From positions 22,821 through 67,534 of the forward strand of contig CAYFXV010000002.1 of NCBI GenBank assembly GCA_964347265.1: a stretch of 44,714 bases of DNA. Direction: 5' to 3'. Made by a program: the position numbers and the translations under genes. The notes under the pieces were generated by a model. The model was not told the DNA's origin. It saw only the letters and a list, made by a program, of their open reading frames with translations, and did no database searches. Numbering within the stretch: the first letter of the stretch is position 1; each line of letters opens with the position of its first letter. The stretch is from an uncultured archaeon. GTDB taxonomy: Archaea > Aenigmatarchaeota > Aenigmatarchaeia > Aenigmatarchaeales > Aenigmatarchaeaceae. This document shows positions 17,300-26,466 of the stretch, in pieces.

Positions 17300-18015
17300 T
17301 AAATTACCTCTAAAAAGTCTTTTTCCCTAAAATGTAATCTACCAGGAATTATTAGAACAGCTGGACTTTCAATATGTTTCATTTTAAAACCTCTAGCACT
17401 ATCATAAAATAATTTAGAATCACCTCCAGCATTAGAAAAAGCAATTATTTGATCAGTTTCTTTAATCACTTTTTTCTTTAATAAAATTTTTATTGCATCA
17501 GCAACTTTCATGAAAATATTGTTTTCTAAATCAATATCTAATAACAATAAAGTGTGTAAACCTAGTCTTTTATTTCTTTTAAGAGCATCTTTGACATTTT
17601 TTATTTTTCCACTTAAAGGAATTGTTGCTACTTTTCCATATTTATACAATTGTAAGCCAGCTTCACCTATTGCAGAAAATATAGAGGCATTGTGAATTAT
17701 TTTTACAGGAATTTTCTTTCTTTTTGCTTCATAAACAATATCAATATGTGTGGTAGCAGCTAATGGATCTCCAGGAACAAATAAAGCAACATCATTTTCT
17801 TTAGTTTTCTCAATGAATAGTTCTAGATTTTCTTCTAAATCTGCTCTGTTTAAAATCTTGATGTCTTTTTTTATTATTTCCTTTAAATTATCCAAAGAAC
17901 CTTTCCAAACAGAAGTGTATAATTCAATAAAACATTCGCATTTTTTAGCAATTTCTATTGCCTTTAATGTTAAATCATTTTCGTCATTCAGGCCTAAACC
18001 TATGAGATAAAGCAT
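17299..18015 (-). CDS. dph5: Diphthine synthase
   Basis: MLYLIGLGL, ELYTS, GDPLAATTH, HNASI, GLQLYKYG, GLHTLLLLD, LHFRE. Confidence 0.95.
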   Translation of the reverse strand: MLYLIGLGLNDENDLTLKAIEIAKKCECFIELYTSVWKGSLDNLKEIIKKDIKILNRADLEENLELFIEKTKENDVALFVPGDPLAATTHIDIVYEAKRKKIPVKIIHNASIFSAIGEAGLQLYKYGKVATIPLSGKIKNVKDALKRNKRLGLHTLLLLDIDLENNIFMKVADAIKILLKKKVIKETDQIIAFSNAGGDSKLFYDSARGFKMKHIESPAVLIIPGRLHFREKDFLEVI

Positions 18016-18047
18016 AAATTTAATGTGTTTAAATAGAAATAAATATT

Positions 18048-18809
18048 ATGCGAATAGCCTATGATACTATTGGTAACAAAGAAAGGGCAGTTGCTTTGAT
18101 AGGAGTTAATGCTAAAAACCCAAAAAAAACTGCAAAAGAAATAATGAAAAGACATAAAAATGTAAAGTCTGTTCTTCAAAAATTAGCTGAGAGAAAAGAT
18201 ACCTTTAGATTGTATCCTTGCAAATTGTTGGTAGGAGAAAAAAACACAGAAGTGATTCATAAAGAACATAATTACTTAATAAAAGTTGATCCTCAAAAGG
18301 TTTATTTTTCTCCAAGAGAAGGAACAGAAAGGCAAAGAATTGCTAATATGGTAAAATCAGGAGAAAGAATTCTTGTTATGTTCTCAGGAGCTGCTCCTTA
18401 TGCCATAGCAATTGGAAAGAAACATCCTGATTGCAAAATAACTTGTATAGAAATAAATGTAAAAGGTATTGAATATTCAGAAAAAAATGTTAGATTAAAC
18501 AAATTGCATAATATAAAAAATATTTGTGCAGATGTAAGAGACATTAGAAACATTGGTAAATTTGATAGAATTATAATGCCTTTAGTTGAAAGAGCAATAG
18601 AATATTTAGATGTGGCTTTTTTACATTCTAAAAAAGGAACAATAATTCATTTGTATGGTTTATCGAAAAATGATTTTAAAGAGTTAGAAGAAAAAGTTAA
18701 AAAAAAAGCTGGAATTTTCAATATAAAATATAAAATCATTAAAAGACAGAAAGTTTTACCATATGCTCCTAGAATAATGAAGGTTAGATTGGATATTAAG
18801 ATTCTTTAA
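18048..18809 (+). CDS. trm5: Trm5/Met-10+ family tRNA m1G37 methyltransferase, lacking D1 domain (aTrm5a/Taw22-like)
   Basis: YDTIGN, KVYFSPREGTERQRI, MFSGAAPY, FDRIIMP. Confidence 0.8.
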   Translation: MRIAYDTIGNKERAVALIGVNAKNPKKTAKEIMKRHKNVKSVLQKLAERKDTFRLYPCKLLVGEKNTEVIHKEHNYLIKVDPQKVYFSPREGTERQRIANMVKSGERILVMFSGAAPYAIAIGKKHPDCKITCIEINVKGIEYSEKNVRLNKLHNIKNICADVRDIRNIGKFDRIIMPLVERAIEYLDVAFLHSKKGTIIHLYGLSKNDFKELEEKVKKKAGIFNIKYKIIKRQKVLPYAPRIMKVRLDIKIL

Positions 18810-19045
18810 TCATGTTTTAATTTGACCCTTCTTTTATCAATTTCTACCGCAAAACATTTTTCAAATCTTTTTTTGCTTTCAGTTAATATTTTGTTTACGT
18901 ATTCTTGAGTTCCTTTTATCTGTATTTCAACTTCTTTTCCATTATCTATAGACAAATATGTAATATTAGATATAACATCCTTTGGAAAGCCATAAGATTC
19001 ATAATCTCCATCCTTATGGGGAATCTTACCTCCAATTACAGACAT
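18806..19045 (-). CDS. Hypothetical protein
   Basis: 79-aa ORF directly downstream of taw2. Confidence 0.55.
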   Translation of the reverse strand: MSVIGGKIPHKDGDYESYGFPKDVISNITYLSIDNGKEVEIQIKGTQEYVNKILTESKKRFEKCFAVEIDKRRVKLKHD

Positions 19046-19056
19046 TAGAAAAGGAT

Positions 19057-19890
19057 TTAAATGCTTTGATTTTTAATCACTTTTAAGTCAAAAACAACAT
19101 GCCAGATTTTAGGGGCATAAGACTTTACTTTTTTTGTTCTCAAAACCCTTACTTTAGCTTTCTTTTCCAATTTTTCCTTGATTTTATCAATTTCCTCTTG
19201 TTTTACAGTTCTATGAAAATGAATAATGGCATTATTTTTAGCAATTTTTAAGGCATAAGGTAAGAATTTTTCAGTTTTAAATAAATAACCCATTATTATT
19301 CTGTCTGCTGTATTTTCTAAGAATTTAGCGAATTTTCTACAATCTCCTTGTAGAATCTCAACATTATTCTCAACATTATTTAACCAAATGTTTTTTCTTA
19401 GATACTCTATTGCTTCAGGATTAATATCAATTGCATAAATCTTCTTAGGTTTGCAATATTTAGCTAAAAATATAGAAAAATAACCTATTCCTGCAAACAT
19501 GTCAACTATTGTTTCCTTGGGCTTAACAGTTTTTATTAGTTTTATTCTCTCATTTTTATTGCCTTGGGACCACATTATGTCTGAAACATCTAATAAGAAT
19601 TTGCATTTATACTCTTGATGTAAAGTCTGGGTTTTTTTACAACCAGCTATTACTTCTATTTTAGGTTTTCTTGTCTCCTTTTTAATTTCTTTAATTAAAC
19701 AAACAGTATGTACATATGGTAAAATCTTAATTATTGTTTTGCCTATTAATTTTCTTTTTTTTAAAAGCTTTTTATTGAGTTTTATTAAAAGAATCTTTCC
19801 TACTATCTGATATCCTCTTGGAAGACAAACCAGTTCTTTTTCAGTAAGTTTGTTCTTCAAAATATTTTTTAATTTTGTGTAAAAACTCAT
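19057..19890 (-). CDS. taw2: tRNA(Phe) 4-demethylwyosine aminocarboxypropyltransferase (TYW2/Taw2)
   Basis: MWSQGNKNER, DMFAGIGYFS, ADRIIMGY, IHFH, VKSYAPKIWHVV; start likely MSFYTK. Confidence 0.8.
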   Translation of the reverse strand: MSFYTKLKNILKNKLTEKELVCLPRGYQIVGKILLIKLNKKLLKKRKLIGKTIIKILPYVHTVCLIKEIKKETRKPKIEVIAGCKKTQTLHQEYKCKFLLDVSDIMWSQGNKNERIKLIKTVKPKETIVDMFAGIGYFSIFLAKYCKPKKIYAIDINPEAIEYLRKNIWLNNVENNVEILQGDCRKFAKFLENTADRIIMGYLFKTEKFLPYALKIAKNNAIIHFHRTVKQEEIDKIKEKLEKKAKVRVLRTKKVKSYAPKIWHVVFDLKVIKNQSI

Positions 19891-19954
19891 ATAGAATATT
19901 ATTTTTAACAATAAAAAAAAGAAAGGGGAAGACTACAAAAAAATTAAAGGGTAA

Positions 19955-20353
19955 CTAGAACTTTGTAGATCCTACTTCCCATATTGCTTTCAATGCTATC
20001 AAAACTGCTGCAGGCATAACTAAAATACCTATGTAACTGACTATGTCGCTCAAAATTCCTCCTATAAAGGGTACGCAGACACCTTGCGGGCAGAAGGCAT
20101 GTCCTAGACCACCAGCTGCCAACAGTGCAACAACTGCTAACAAGAATATATCTGTTTCAGCTTTATCTATACTTCCCATTCCTGCCATTCCTATTAAACC
20201 TATGATGAAACCTATCAAGACTTGTAGGCCCATTATAGATGGTGTGTAAGCAACGACATAACTTTTACCTAAGCCTGCCACTATTGCTATTATTATACCT
20301 AGCAAAAATAGATATTCAGTAGCTTTTACCCATCCTGTTTTCTTTTTTGGCAT
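19955..20353 (-). CDS. 4-TM membrane protein of unknown function
   Basis: FLLGIIIAIVAG...ETDIFLLAVVALL...PAAVLIALKAIW; AGGTGA RBS. Confidence 0.7.
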   Translation of the reverse strand: MPKKKTGWVKATEYLFLLGIIIAIVAGLGKSYVVAYTPSIMGLQVLIGFIIGLIGMAGMGSIDKAETDIFLLAVVALLAAGGLGHAFCPQGVCVPFIGGILSDIVSYIGILVMPAAVLIALKAIWEVGSTKF

Positions 20354-20445
20354 AGTTTCACCTATATTTTCTTAGAATTTCGGACACTTAAAAGTTTCGC
20401 TATTTTATGATAAATAATAAAAGAATAAAAGGGGAAAAATAAAAA

Positions 20446-20703
20446 CTACTTGAAAACACTGGATGCTACCATTAGTGCTCCTATGAAACTCATAATCAAA
20501 GCTATTATGCTGAATATCATGTTTCCATATTCCAATCCTGAAGGTATCCATGATATTTCAACACTGAATGCTGCTGCTAAAAGATATAAAGCTCCTGCAC
20601 CTGTTAACCAGATAAATCCCCTTTTATCTTTAATAATTTTTGCATAAGCTCCTAACACAGGTGCAATTAAAAGTACTAATCCTAGCCACATCAAATCTAC
20701 CAT
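20446..20703 (-). CDS. Small 3-TM membrane protein
   Basis: ATG 20703 after AGGTGA; three hydrophobic segments. Confidence 0.65.
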   Translation of the reverse strand: MVDLMWLGLVLLIAPVLGAYAKIIKDKRGFIWLTGAGALYLLAAAFSVEISWIPSGLEYGNMIFSIIALIMSFIGALMVASSVFK

Positions 20704-20778
20704 TTTTTTCACCTGATAAGAGTTTAGAAAAAATGAATCTTAAATTTATCTTCGTCATATGCAGAACTAGAAAGTTTT

Positions 20779-21324
20779 TTAAAGCTTTTCCTCAAAGACT
20801 TGTGCTTCAAATTTAAATAATCTAGAATTAGGATCTAGCCAAGAATCTTCTGTTAAACCTGCTTTATAGCATAAATTTTCTAAATATTCTTCCATGTTCC
20901 AGTCTTGCTCAACAGGAACCTTTGGTAAAAACAAACCTTCCTGTAAACCTTTTCTTATTATTAAACCATGTTTGCCAATTTCTACTTCTTTGTCAAATTC
21001 TCTCGTTTTTATAGGCTCTGGATTAGTTAAAACAGAAACTTCAATAAATATGTCTTCTATTTCTTCTAGTCTTAATGGTTGAAATCTAGGGTCTAAGCAT
21101 GCAGAAACAGCAGCTTGGATTAAGGCCTCTATTAAAGATATCTCAGGATAAGGTATTCCTACACAACCTCTCAATCTTTTTGTGCTTTTCTTATAAATTG
21201 TAACAAAGACTCCTCTTTTTTCATTTAATTTTTGAGGATAATTTTCAGGAATAGCAATTTGTTTACCTGTTTTTACATAATTTTCTATTGTTTGTCTTGC
21301 TAGTTTTATGATAAAATCTTCCAT
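20779..21324 (-). CDS. AMMECR1-domain protein
   Basis: RGVFVT, LRGCVG, DPRF, IEVSVLT, GLFLP. Confidence 0.92.
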   Translation of the reverse strand: MEDFIIKLARQTIENYVKTGKQIAIPENYPQKLNEKRGVFVTIYKKSTKRLRGCVGIPYPEISLIEALIQAAVSACLDPRFQPLRLEEIEDIFIEVSVLTNPEPIKTREFDKEVEIGKHGLIIRKGLQEGLFLPKVPVEQDWNMEEYLENLCYKAGLTEDSWLDPNSRLFKFEAQVFEEKL

Positions 21325-21381
21325 AAAAAGAATTTATAATTCCTAATATTTAAAAACAATCTTTTTATTACTTTGTAATGA

Positions 21382-22674
21382 TTATTTTATCAGATTTTTT
21401 ATTCCATCAGCAGCTATTATTCCAGTTGCAGCAGCTATTGTTATTCCTCTAGAAATACCTGCCCCATCTCCAGCAACAAAAATATTTGGAACGGCCGTTT
21501 GAAGAATTTTATTGGTCTCAATTCTCATAGAATAAAACTTTATTTCAGGCGCATATAGTAAAGTAGAGTCAGAACCAACACCAGGAATAACCTTTTCTAA
21601 TTTTTCTAAGGACTCAAGAATATCAGTAACAATTCTGTATGGATAGGCCATTGAGAGATCTCCAGGAGTAACATCTTTTAAAGTGGGATTAACATAGCTT
21701 TTTCTTATTCTGCTCCATCTTGATCTTCTGTTCATTCTTAAATCTCCAATTCTTTGGATAATTGGCTTTCCACCACCAAGAGTGTTTGTTTGCTTAGCGA
21801 TTGATCTTCCATATTCTATTGTATTTTCTAAGGGTTTTGTTAGTCTTGTTCTAATTAAAAGAGCAAAATTACAATTATTAGATTTTTTATCTTTCATTGA
21901 GTGTCCATTAACTCCAAATATCTCTTTTTCATAAAACTCTTTTACGACGAAACCATATGGACAAACACAAAAGGTTCTAACATGATCATCATAATGGCGA
22001 GTTGTTATATGAAACTTGGGATCCCAACATTGATAATCTTCAACAATTTCTTTTAATACGTCATTTAAGACTTCAACTCTAACCCCGATGTCAACAGGGT
22101 TGAAACGCATCCCCAAATTTAATTTTTTAGCCATTTCAATTAACCAAAGAGAACCAGCTCTGCCTGGCGCTAAAACAATATAATCAGCTTCTTCAGTTTC
22201 TTTATCTGTTTTTGCTATTATTTTTCCGTTTTTGGATTCTAAATCTAAAACTTTAGTTTTTAATTTGAATTTTACTCCTCTCTTTTCCATATCCATTTTA
22301 AAATTGTTCATAACTTTTGGCAAATAATCTGAACCAACATGGTTTTGTCTTATTGGTATGAATCTTATTCCTGCTGTTGTTGCTCTTCTTTCTAGTTCTA
22401 ATAATTTTTCCCAATCATTCCCTACATCTTCCATTCCATATTCTTTGAAAGTTTGTTTGATTTTTTCTAAAATATCTAAAGAATCATTTTCTGAAAGAAA
22501 TTCAAACAAATTGCCTCCTATTTGTGGATGAAAATTCATTTTTCCATCAGAATATAATCCAGCTCCACCAATGTGACCATTTTGTTCTACAACTGTAATA
22601 TCACAAGAGCTTGCTAATTCATGTGTAGCAAAGATGCCTGCTGGACCTGCACCAACAATAAGAACTTTGGTCAA
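21382..22674 (-). CDS. FAD-dependent oxidoreductase (COG2509-like)
   Basis: GAGPAG, GGAGLYSDGK, IGVRVE, VRTFC, VNGHS, GDGAG; start likely TTG 22674. Confidence 0.85.
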   Translation of the reverse strand: MTKVLIVGAGPAGIFATHELASSCDITVVEQNGHIGGAGLYSDGKMNFHPQIGGNLFEFLSENDSLDILEKIKQTFKEYGMEDVGNDWEKLLELERRATTAGIRFIPIRQNHVGSDYLPKVMNNFKMDMEKRGVKFKLKTKVLDLESKNGKIIAKTDKETEEADYIVLAPGRAGSLWLIEMAKKLNLGMRFNPVDIGVRVEVLNDVLKEIVEDYQCWDPKFHITTRHYDDHVRTFCVCPYGFVVKEFYEKEIFGVNGHSMKDKKSNNCNFALLIRTRLTKPLENTIEYGRSIAKQTNTLGGGKPIIQRIGDLRMNRRSRWSRIRKSYVNPTLKDVTPGDLSMAYPYRIVTDILESLEKLEKVIPGVGSDSTLLYAPEIKFYSMRIETNKILQTAVPNIFVAGDGAGISRGITIAAATGIIAADGIKNLIK

Positions 22675-22717
22675 AACTATCCCCACTTATTTAAGAATTT
22701 GAATTATATAAGTTTTA

Positions 22718-25372
22718 CTATTCTTTATTTCTTATGAAAATTTCAGGAATGACTAGAAGACCAACAGCAGAAAATATTATTATTTTTACCCAATCCATAG
22801 CATTTAATGGGACAACTCCAAAAATAGGTTGAAGCATCGGAGTATATATTATAACTACTTGCAGTATAATGGAAATTAATATTGCTATTAACAATTTTTT
22901 ATTTTCTAATGGATTTAATCTAAATGCAGATTTTTTCTCAGATCTGCAGTTAAATACAAAAAAGAACTCAAATAACATTGTCTGAGTAAAGATTATTGTT
23001 CTTGCTTTGTCTAATCCTTCTGTTTGTAACACATGATTAAAAAGAATAAAAGCAGAACTAAAGGCTAATATTGCTGCAATAATTATGAATAATAATATTC
23101 CGTCTATTATTCCTTTTTTTGGGTTCCTAGGTTTTCTTTTCATTATATCTTTTTCTTTTGGGTCCACACCTAATGCTAAGGCAGGCACGCCGTCTGTTAT
23201 AAGATTTACCCATAGTAGCTGAACAGGTAAAAAAGGAATAGCTAATAATCCAGTAGCAGGATCTCTGATGCTTAATAGAACCATAAGAGTTACAAGAAAC
23301 AATTCATCAAAATTAGCTGCCAAAAGAAACTTTACAAATTTCTTTATATTATCATAGATTCCCCTACCTTCTTCGACAGCAGACACAATAGTAGAGAAAT
23401 TATCATCCATTAGAATTATATCAGCAGCCTCTTTTGATACATCTGTTCCCTTAATACCCATTGCTACCCCAACATCAGCTTTTTTTAAGGCCGGTGCATC
23501 ATTTACTCCATCTCCTGTCATAGCAACTACATGTCCTCTTGATCTTAAAGCTTCAACTATTCTCAGTTTATGTTGAGGTGATACTCTTGCAAATATTGTA
23601 ATATCTTCTACTATTTCCTTTAATTTCCAATCATCTATTTTATCTATTTCTTCTCCTCTCATTGCCTTGCCTATAAGGCCAACCTCAGCACCTATGGCTT
23701 TGGCTGTTAATTGATGATCGCCAGTTATCATTATTACTTTTATTCCCGCTTTTTTACATAAGGCAATTGCTCTTGCTGTTTCCTTTCGTGGTGGATCTAT
23801 CATTGCAGCTAAACCAACAAAATTCATATTACTTTCAACAGATTTTAAAGAATATTTGTTCCCTAGCTTTTTGTAAGCAAAAGCTAAAACTCTTAAACCT
23901 CTTGATGCAAATTGATGAACGATTTCTAATATCTTTTCCTTTTGTCTTTTAGTTAATTTTTTATTAAAATAGATTCCATCGCATATTTCGAGAATAGTTT
24001 CTGGTGCACCTTTTGTGTATGCAAAAAATTCATTTTCGATTTCATGGACCGTTGTCATTTTCTTTCTTTCAGAAGAAAAGGGAATTTCATCGACTCTTTT
24101 ATAATATTCTTTTATGCCACCCTTTAATGCTAAAACTTTTAATGCTCCTTCTGTTGGATCCCCAATTATGTGCCATCTTGGTCTTTCTTTTAAAATAGAA
24201 TCATTACACATTGATGATATTTTTAATAATAAATCGAGACTTCCAGTTCTTTTCAAATCAATTTTTTTCTTGTTTAATAGAAAATTTCCTTTAGGTTCAA
24301 AACCAACACCAGTAACATCTAATTCTTTTCCTGAGACCCAAACTTTTCTCACAGTCATTTCATTTGTTGTCATTGTTCCAGTTTTGTCAGCACATATAAC
24401 AGTTGTGGATCCCAAACTTTCAACTGCTGCCAATCTTTTGACAATTGAATTCTTTTTGAGCATTCTTTGGGTTCCAATAGCCAAAGTTAGAGTGATAACG
24501 GCTGGTAAGCCTTCTGGAACAGCTGATATTGCTAAACTCATTGCAATCATAAACATGTTAAAAATGTCTTCGGCTCTGATAGTACCAAGAACAAAAATAA
24601 TTAAGGTGATAATAATAACAACAATTCCTAAGGATTTCCCAAATTTCTGTAATTTTACTTGTAATGGTGTCATTTCTTCTTTTTCCTGAACCATGCCAGC
24701 TATCTTTCCCATTTCAGTTGACATTCCAGTTGATGTAACAACACCTTTTCCTCTTCCATAAGAGATTAGAGTTCCCATGAATGCCATATTTTTTCTTTCT
24801 GCAACCGCCACATCTTTTAAAATATTGATGGTTTTTTTAACAGGTACAGATTCTCCTGTTAGTGTCGATTCATCAATTTTTAAGTCCCGGTCTTCGAAAA
24901 CTCTCAAGTCTGCAGGAACCCTATTTCCAGATTCTAAAAGAACAATATCACCAAGAACAAGTTCTTCAGTTTTTATTTCAATATGTTTTCCTCCTCTTAT
25001 AACCACCACTTTGGGAATAACTAGTTTTTTTAATGCTTCTAATGTTTTTTCTGCTTTGTATTCTTGGTAAAAACCAAAAATAGCATTTAAGATTAGGATT
25101 GCTCCAATAACTGCTGCATCTATAAAATGACTTTCATCAGAATAGATACCTAAAAAAATTGATATTACTACTGCAACTAATAATAAAATAACCAAAAAAC
25201 TTTTGAACTGTTCAAGAAATATCAATAAAACTGTTTTTCTCTTTTTACTTTTTAATTTGTTTAAACCATACTGTTTAAGTCTGGCTTGGGCATTTTTTTC
25301 ATTTAACCCATTTTTACTTGTTTTTAGAGCATTAAAAACAGAATCAACATTCATTGTATGCCATTTGTCCAT
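22718..25372 (-). CDS. P-type IIA (SERCA-like) Ca2+-transporting ATPase
   Basis: LTGES, VPEGLP, DKTGT, KGAPE, TGDGVNDAPALK, ANFDE, WVNLITDG. Confidence 0.92.
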   Translation of the reverse strand: MDKWHTMNVDSVFNALKTSKNGLNEKNAQARLKQYGLNKLKSKKRKTVLLIFLEQFKSFLVILLLVAVVISIFLGIYSDESHFIDAAVIGAILILNAIFGFYQEYKAEKTLEALKKLVIPKVVVIRGGKHIEIKTEELVLGDIVLLESGNRVPADLRVFEDRDLKIDESTLTGESVPVKKTINILKDVAVAERKNMAFMGTLISYGRGKGVVTSTGMSTEMGKIAGMVQEKEEMTPLQVKLQKFGKSLGIVVIIITLIIFVLGTIRAEDIFNMFMIAMSLAISAVPEGLPAVITLTLAIGTQRMLKKNSIVKRLAAVESLGSTTVICADKTGTMTTNEMTVRKVWVSGKELDVTGVGFEPKGNFLLNKKKIDLKRTGSLDLLLKISSMCNDSILKERPRWHIIGDPTEGALKVLALKGGIKEYYKRVDEIPFSSERKKMTTVHEIENEFFAYTKGAPETILEICDGIYFNKKLTKRQKEKILEIVHQFASRGLRVLAFAYKKLGNKYSLKSVESNMNFVGLAAMIDPPRKETARAIALCKKAGIKVIMITGDHQLTAKAIGAEVGLIGKAMRGEEIDKIDDWKLKEIVEDITIFARVSPQHKLRIVEALRSRGHVVAMTGDGVNDAPALKKADVGVAMGIKGTDVSKEAADIILMDDNFSTIVSAVEEGRGIYDNIKKFVKFLLAANFDELFLVTLMVLLSIRDPATGLLAIPFLPVQLLWVNLITDGVPALALGVDPKEKDIMKRKPRNPKKGIIDGILLFIIIAAILAFSSAFILFNHVLQTEGLDKARTIIFTQTMLFEFFFVFNCRSEKKSAFRLNPLENKKLLIAILISIILQVVIIYTPMLQPIFGVVPLNAMDWVKIIIFSAVGLLVIPEIFIRNKE

Positions 25373-25448
25373 AATATTTGTTAAATTCCTTCAACTTAAA
25401 TTTAATCATTAGAAAAAAATATAAGTTGGATAAGAGAACATATGATAT

Positions 25449-26393
25449 ATGTTAGCGCTTTATTTTGTATACTTTATAATAACATGTTTTTTCCTAGGGA
25501 TTAGTGGAAATCTGGTTGTGAGAAGCTTATCAAAAATAGCTAAACATTACCAAATGAGGGAATTTGTACTCGGGTTTGTATTGGTAGCGATTTCAACTTC
25601 TATACCAGAACTTTTTGTTGGAATCTTCTCTGCTTTGAATCAAATCCCAGCAATTTCTTTAGGCGATGTTATTGGAGCTAATATAATTGATTTGACAGTA
25701 GTTATTGGAACTGCAGCTATATTAGGAAAAAAAGTAAAAGTTGAAAAAGAGTTAAACAAGAAAGAGATATTTTATACTGTTCTGATTGCATTTTTACCAA
25801 TTTTATTGTTTTTGGATCAAGAATTATCGAGAATTGATGGAATAATATTACTAGTTGTTTTTGCTTACTATATTATAAGTCTTATTATTCAGAGAAAACA
25901 TTTCAAAATGCTTAAAGATGGTATAACAAGAATGCAGGTTCTAGAACAAGTTATTATATTCATAGTTAGTTTGGTAATTCTTTTAATATCTGCTGAATTT
26001 ATTGTTGACATTGCTTCTCATATAGCAATAGAACTAGCATTTCCAGAAATTCTGATTGGTTTAGTTATTGTAGGTATGGGAACTACTTTACCTGAATTAT
26101 CTTTTGAAACCAATTCTGTAAGAAAAGGTTTTAGCGGAATGGCATTAGGTGATTTGTTAGGGAGTGTTGTTATGAACTCTTCACTTATTTTAGGTTTGAC
26201 AGCTTTGATATATCCAATCAGAGCAGATTTTCTACCGTTCCTTATTGGATCAATATTTTTAATGCTGATTTTAGGTATCTTTGCTATTTTTGCAAAAACA
26301 GGAAGAGAAATAACAAGAAAAGAAGGAATTATGCTTATTATGTTTTATGTTTTATTTTTAATAGTCAGTATTTTTACTAGAGCGTTTTCGTAA
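25449..26393 (+). CDS. Ca2+/cation antiporter (CaCA, YrbG/NCX_Mj family)
   Basis: Two alpha repeats STSIPE...GDVIGAN and GTTLPE...GDLLGS; about 10 TM. Confidence 0.9.
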   Translation: MLALYFVYFIITCFFLGISGNLVVRSLSKIAKHYQMREFVLGFVLVAISTSIPELFVGIFSALNQIPAISLGDVIGANIIDLTVVIGTAAILGKKVKVEKELNKKEIFYTVLIAFLPILLFLDQELSRIDGIILLVVFAYYIISLIIQRKHFKMLKDGITRMQVLEQVIIFIVSLVILLISAEFIVDIASHIAIELAFPEILIGLVIVGMGTTLPELSFETNSVRKGFSGMALGDLLGSVVMNSSLILGLTALIYPIRADFLPFLIGSIFLMLILGIFAIFAKTGREITRKEGIMLIMFYVLFLIVSIFTRAFS

Positions 26394-26466
26394 AAATTGT
26401 ATTAAACATAAAGGAAACAAAGTTTTAAGCAAAATTATTTTATAGAGCATTAACTATTATTATCAA

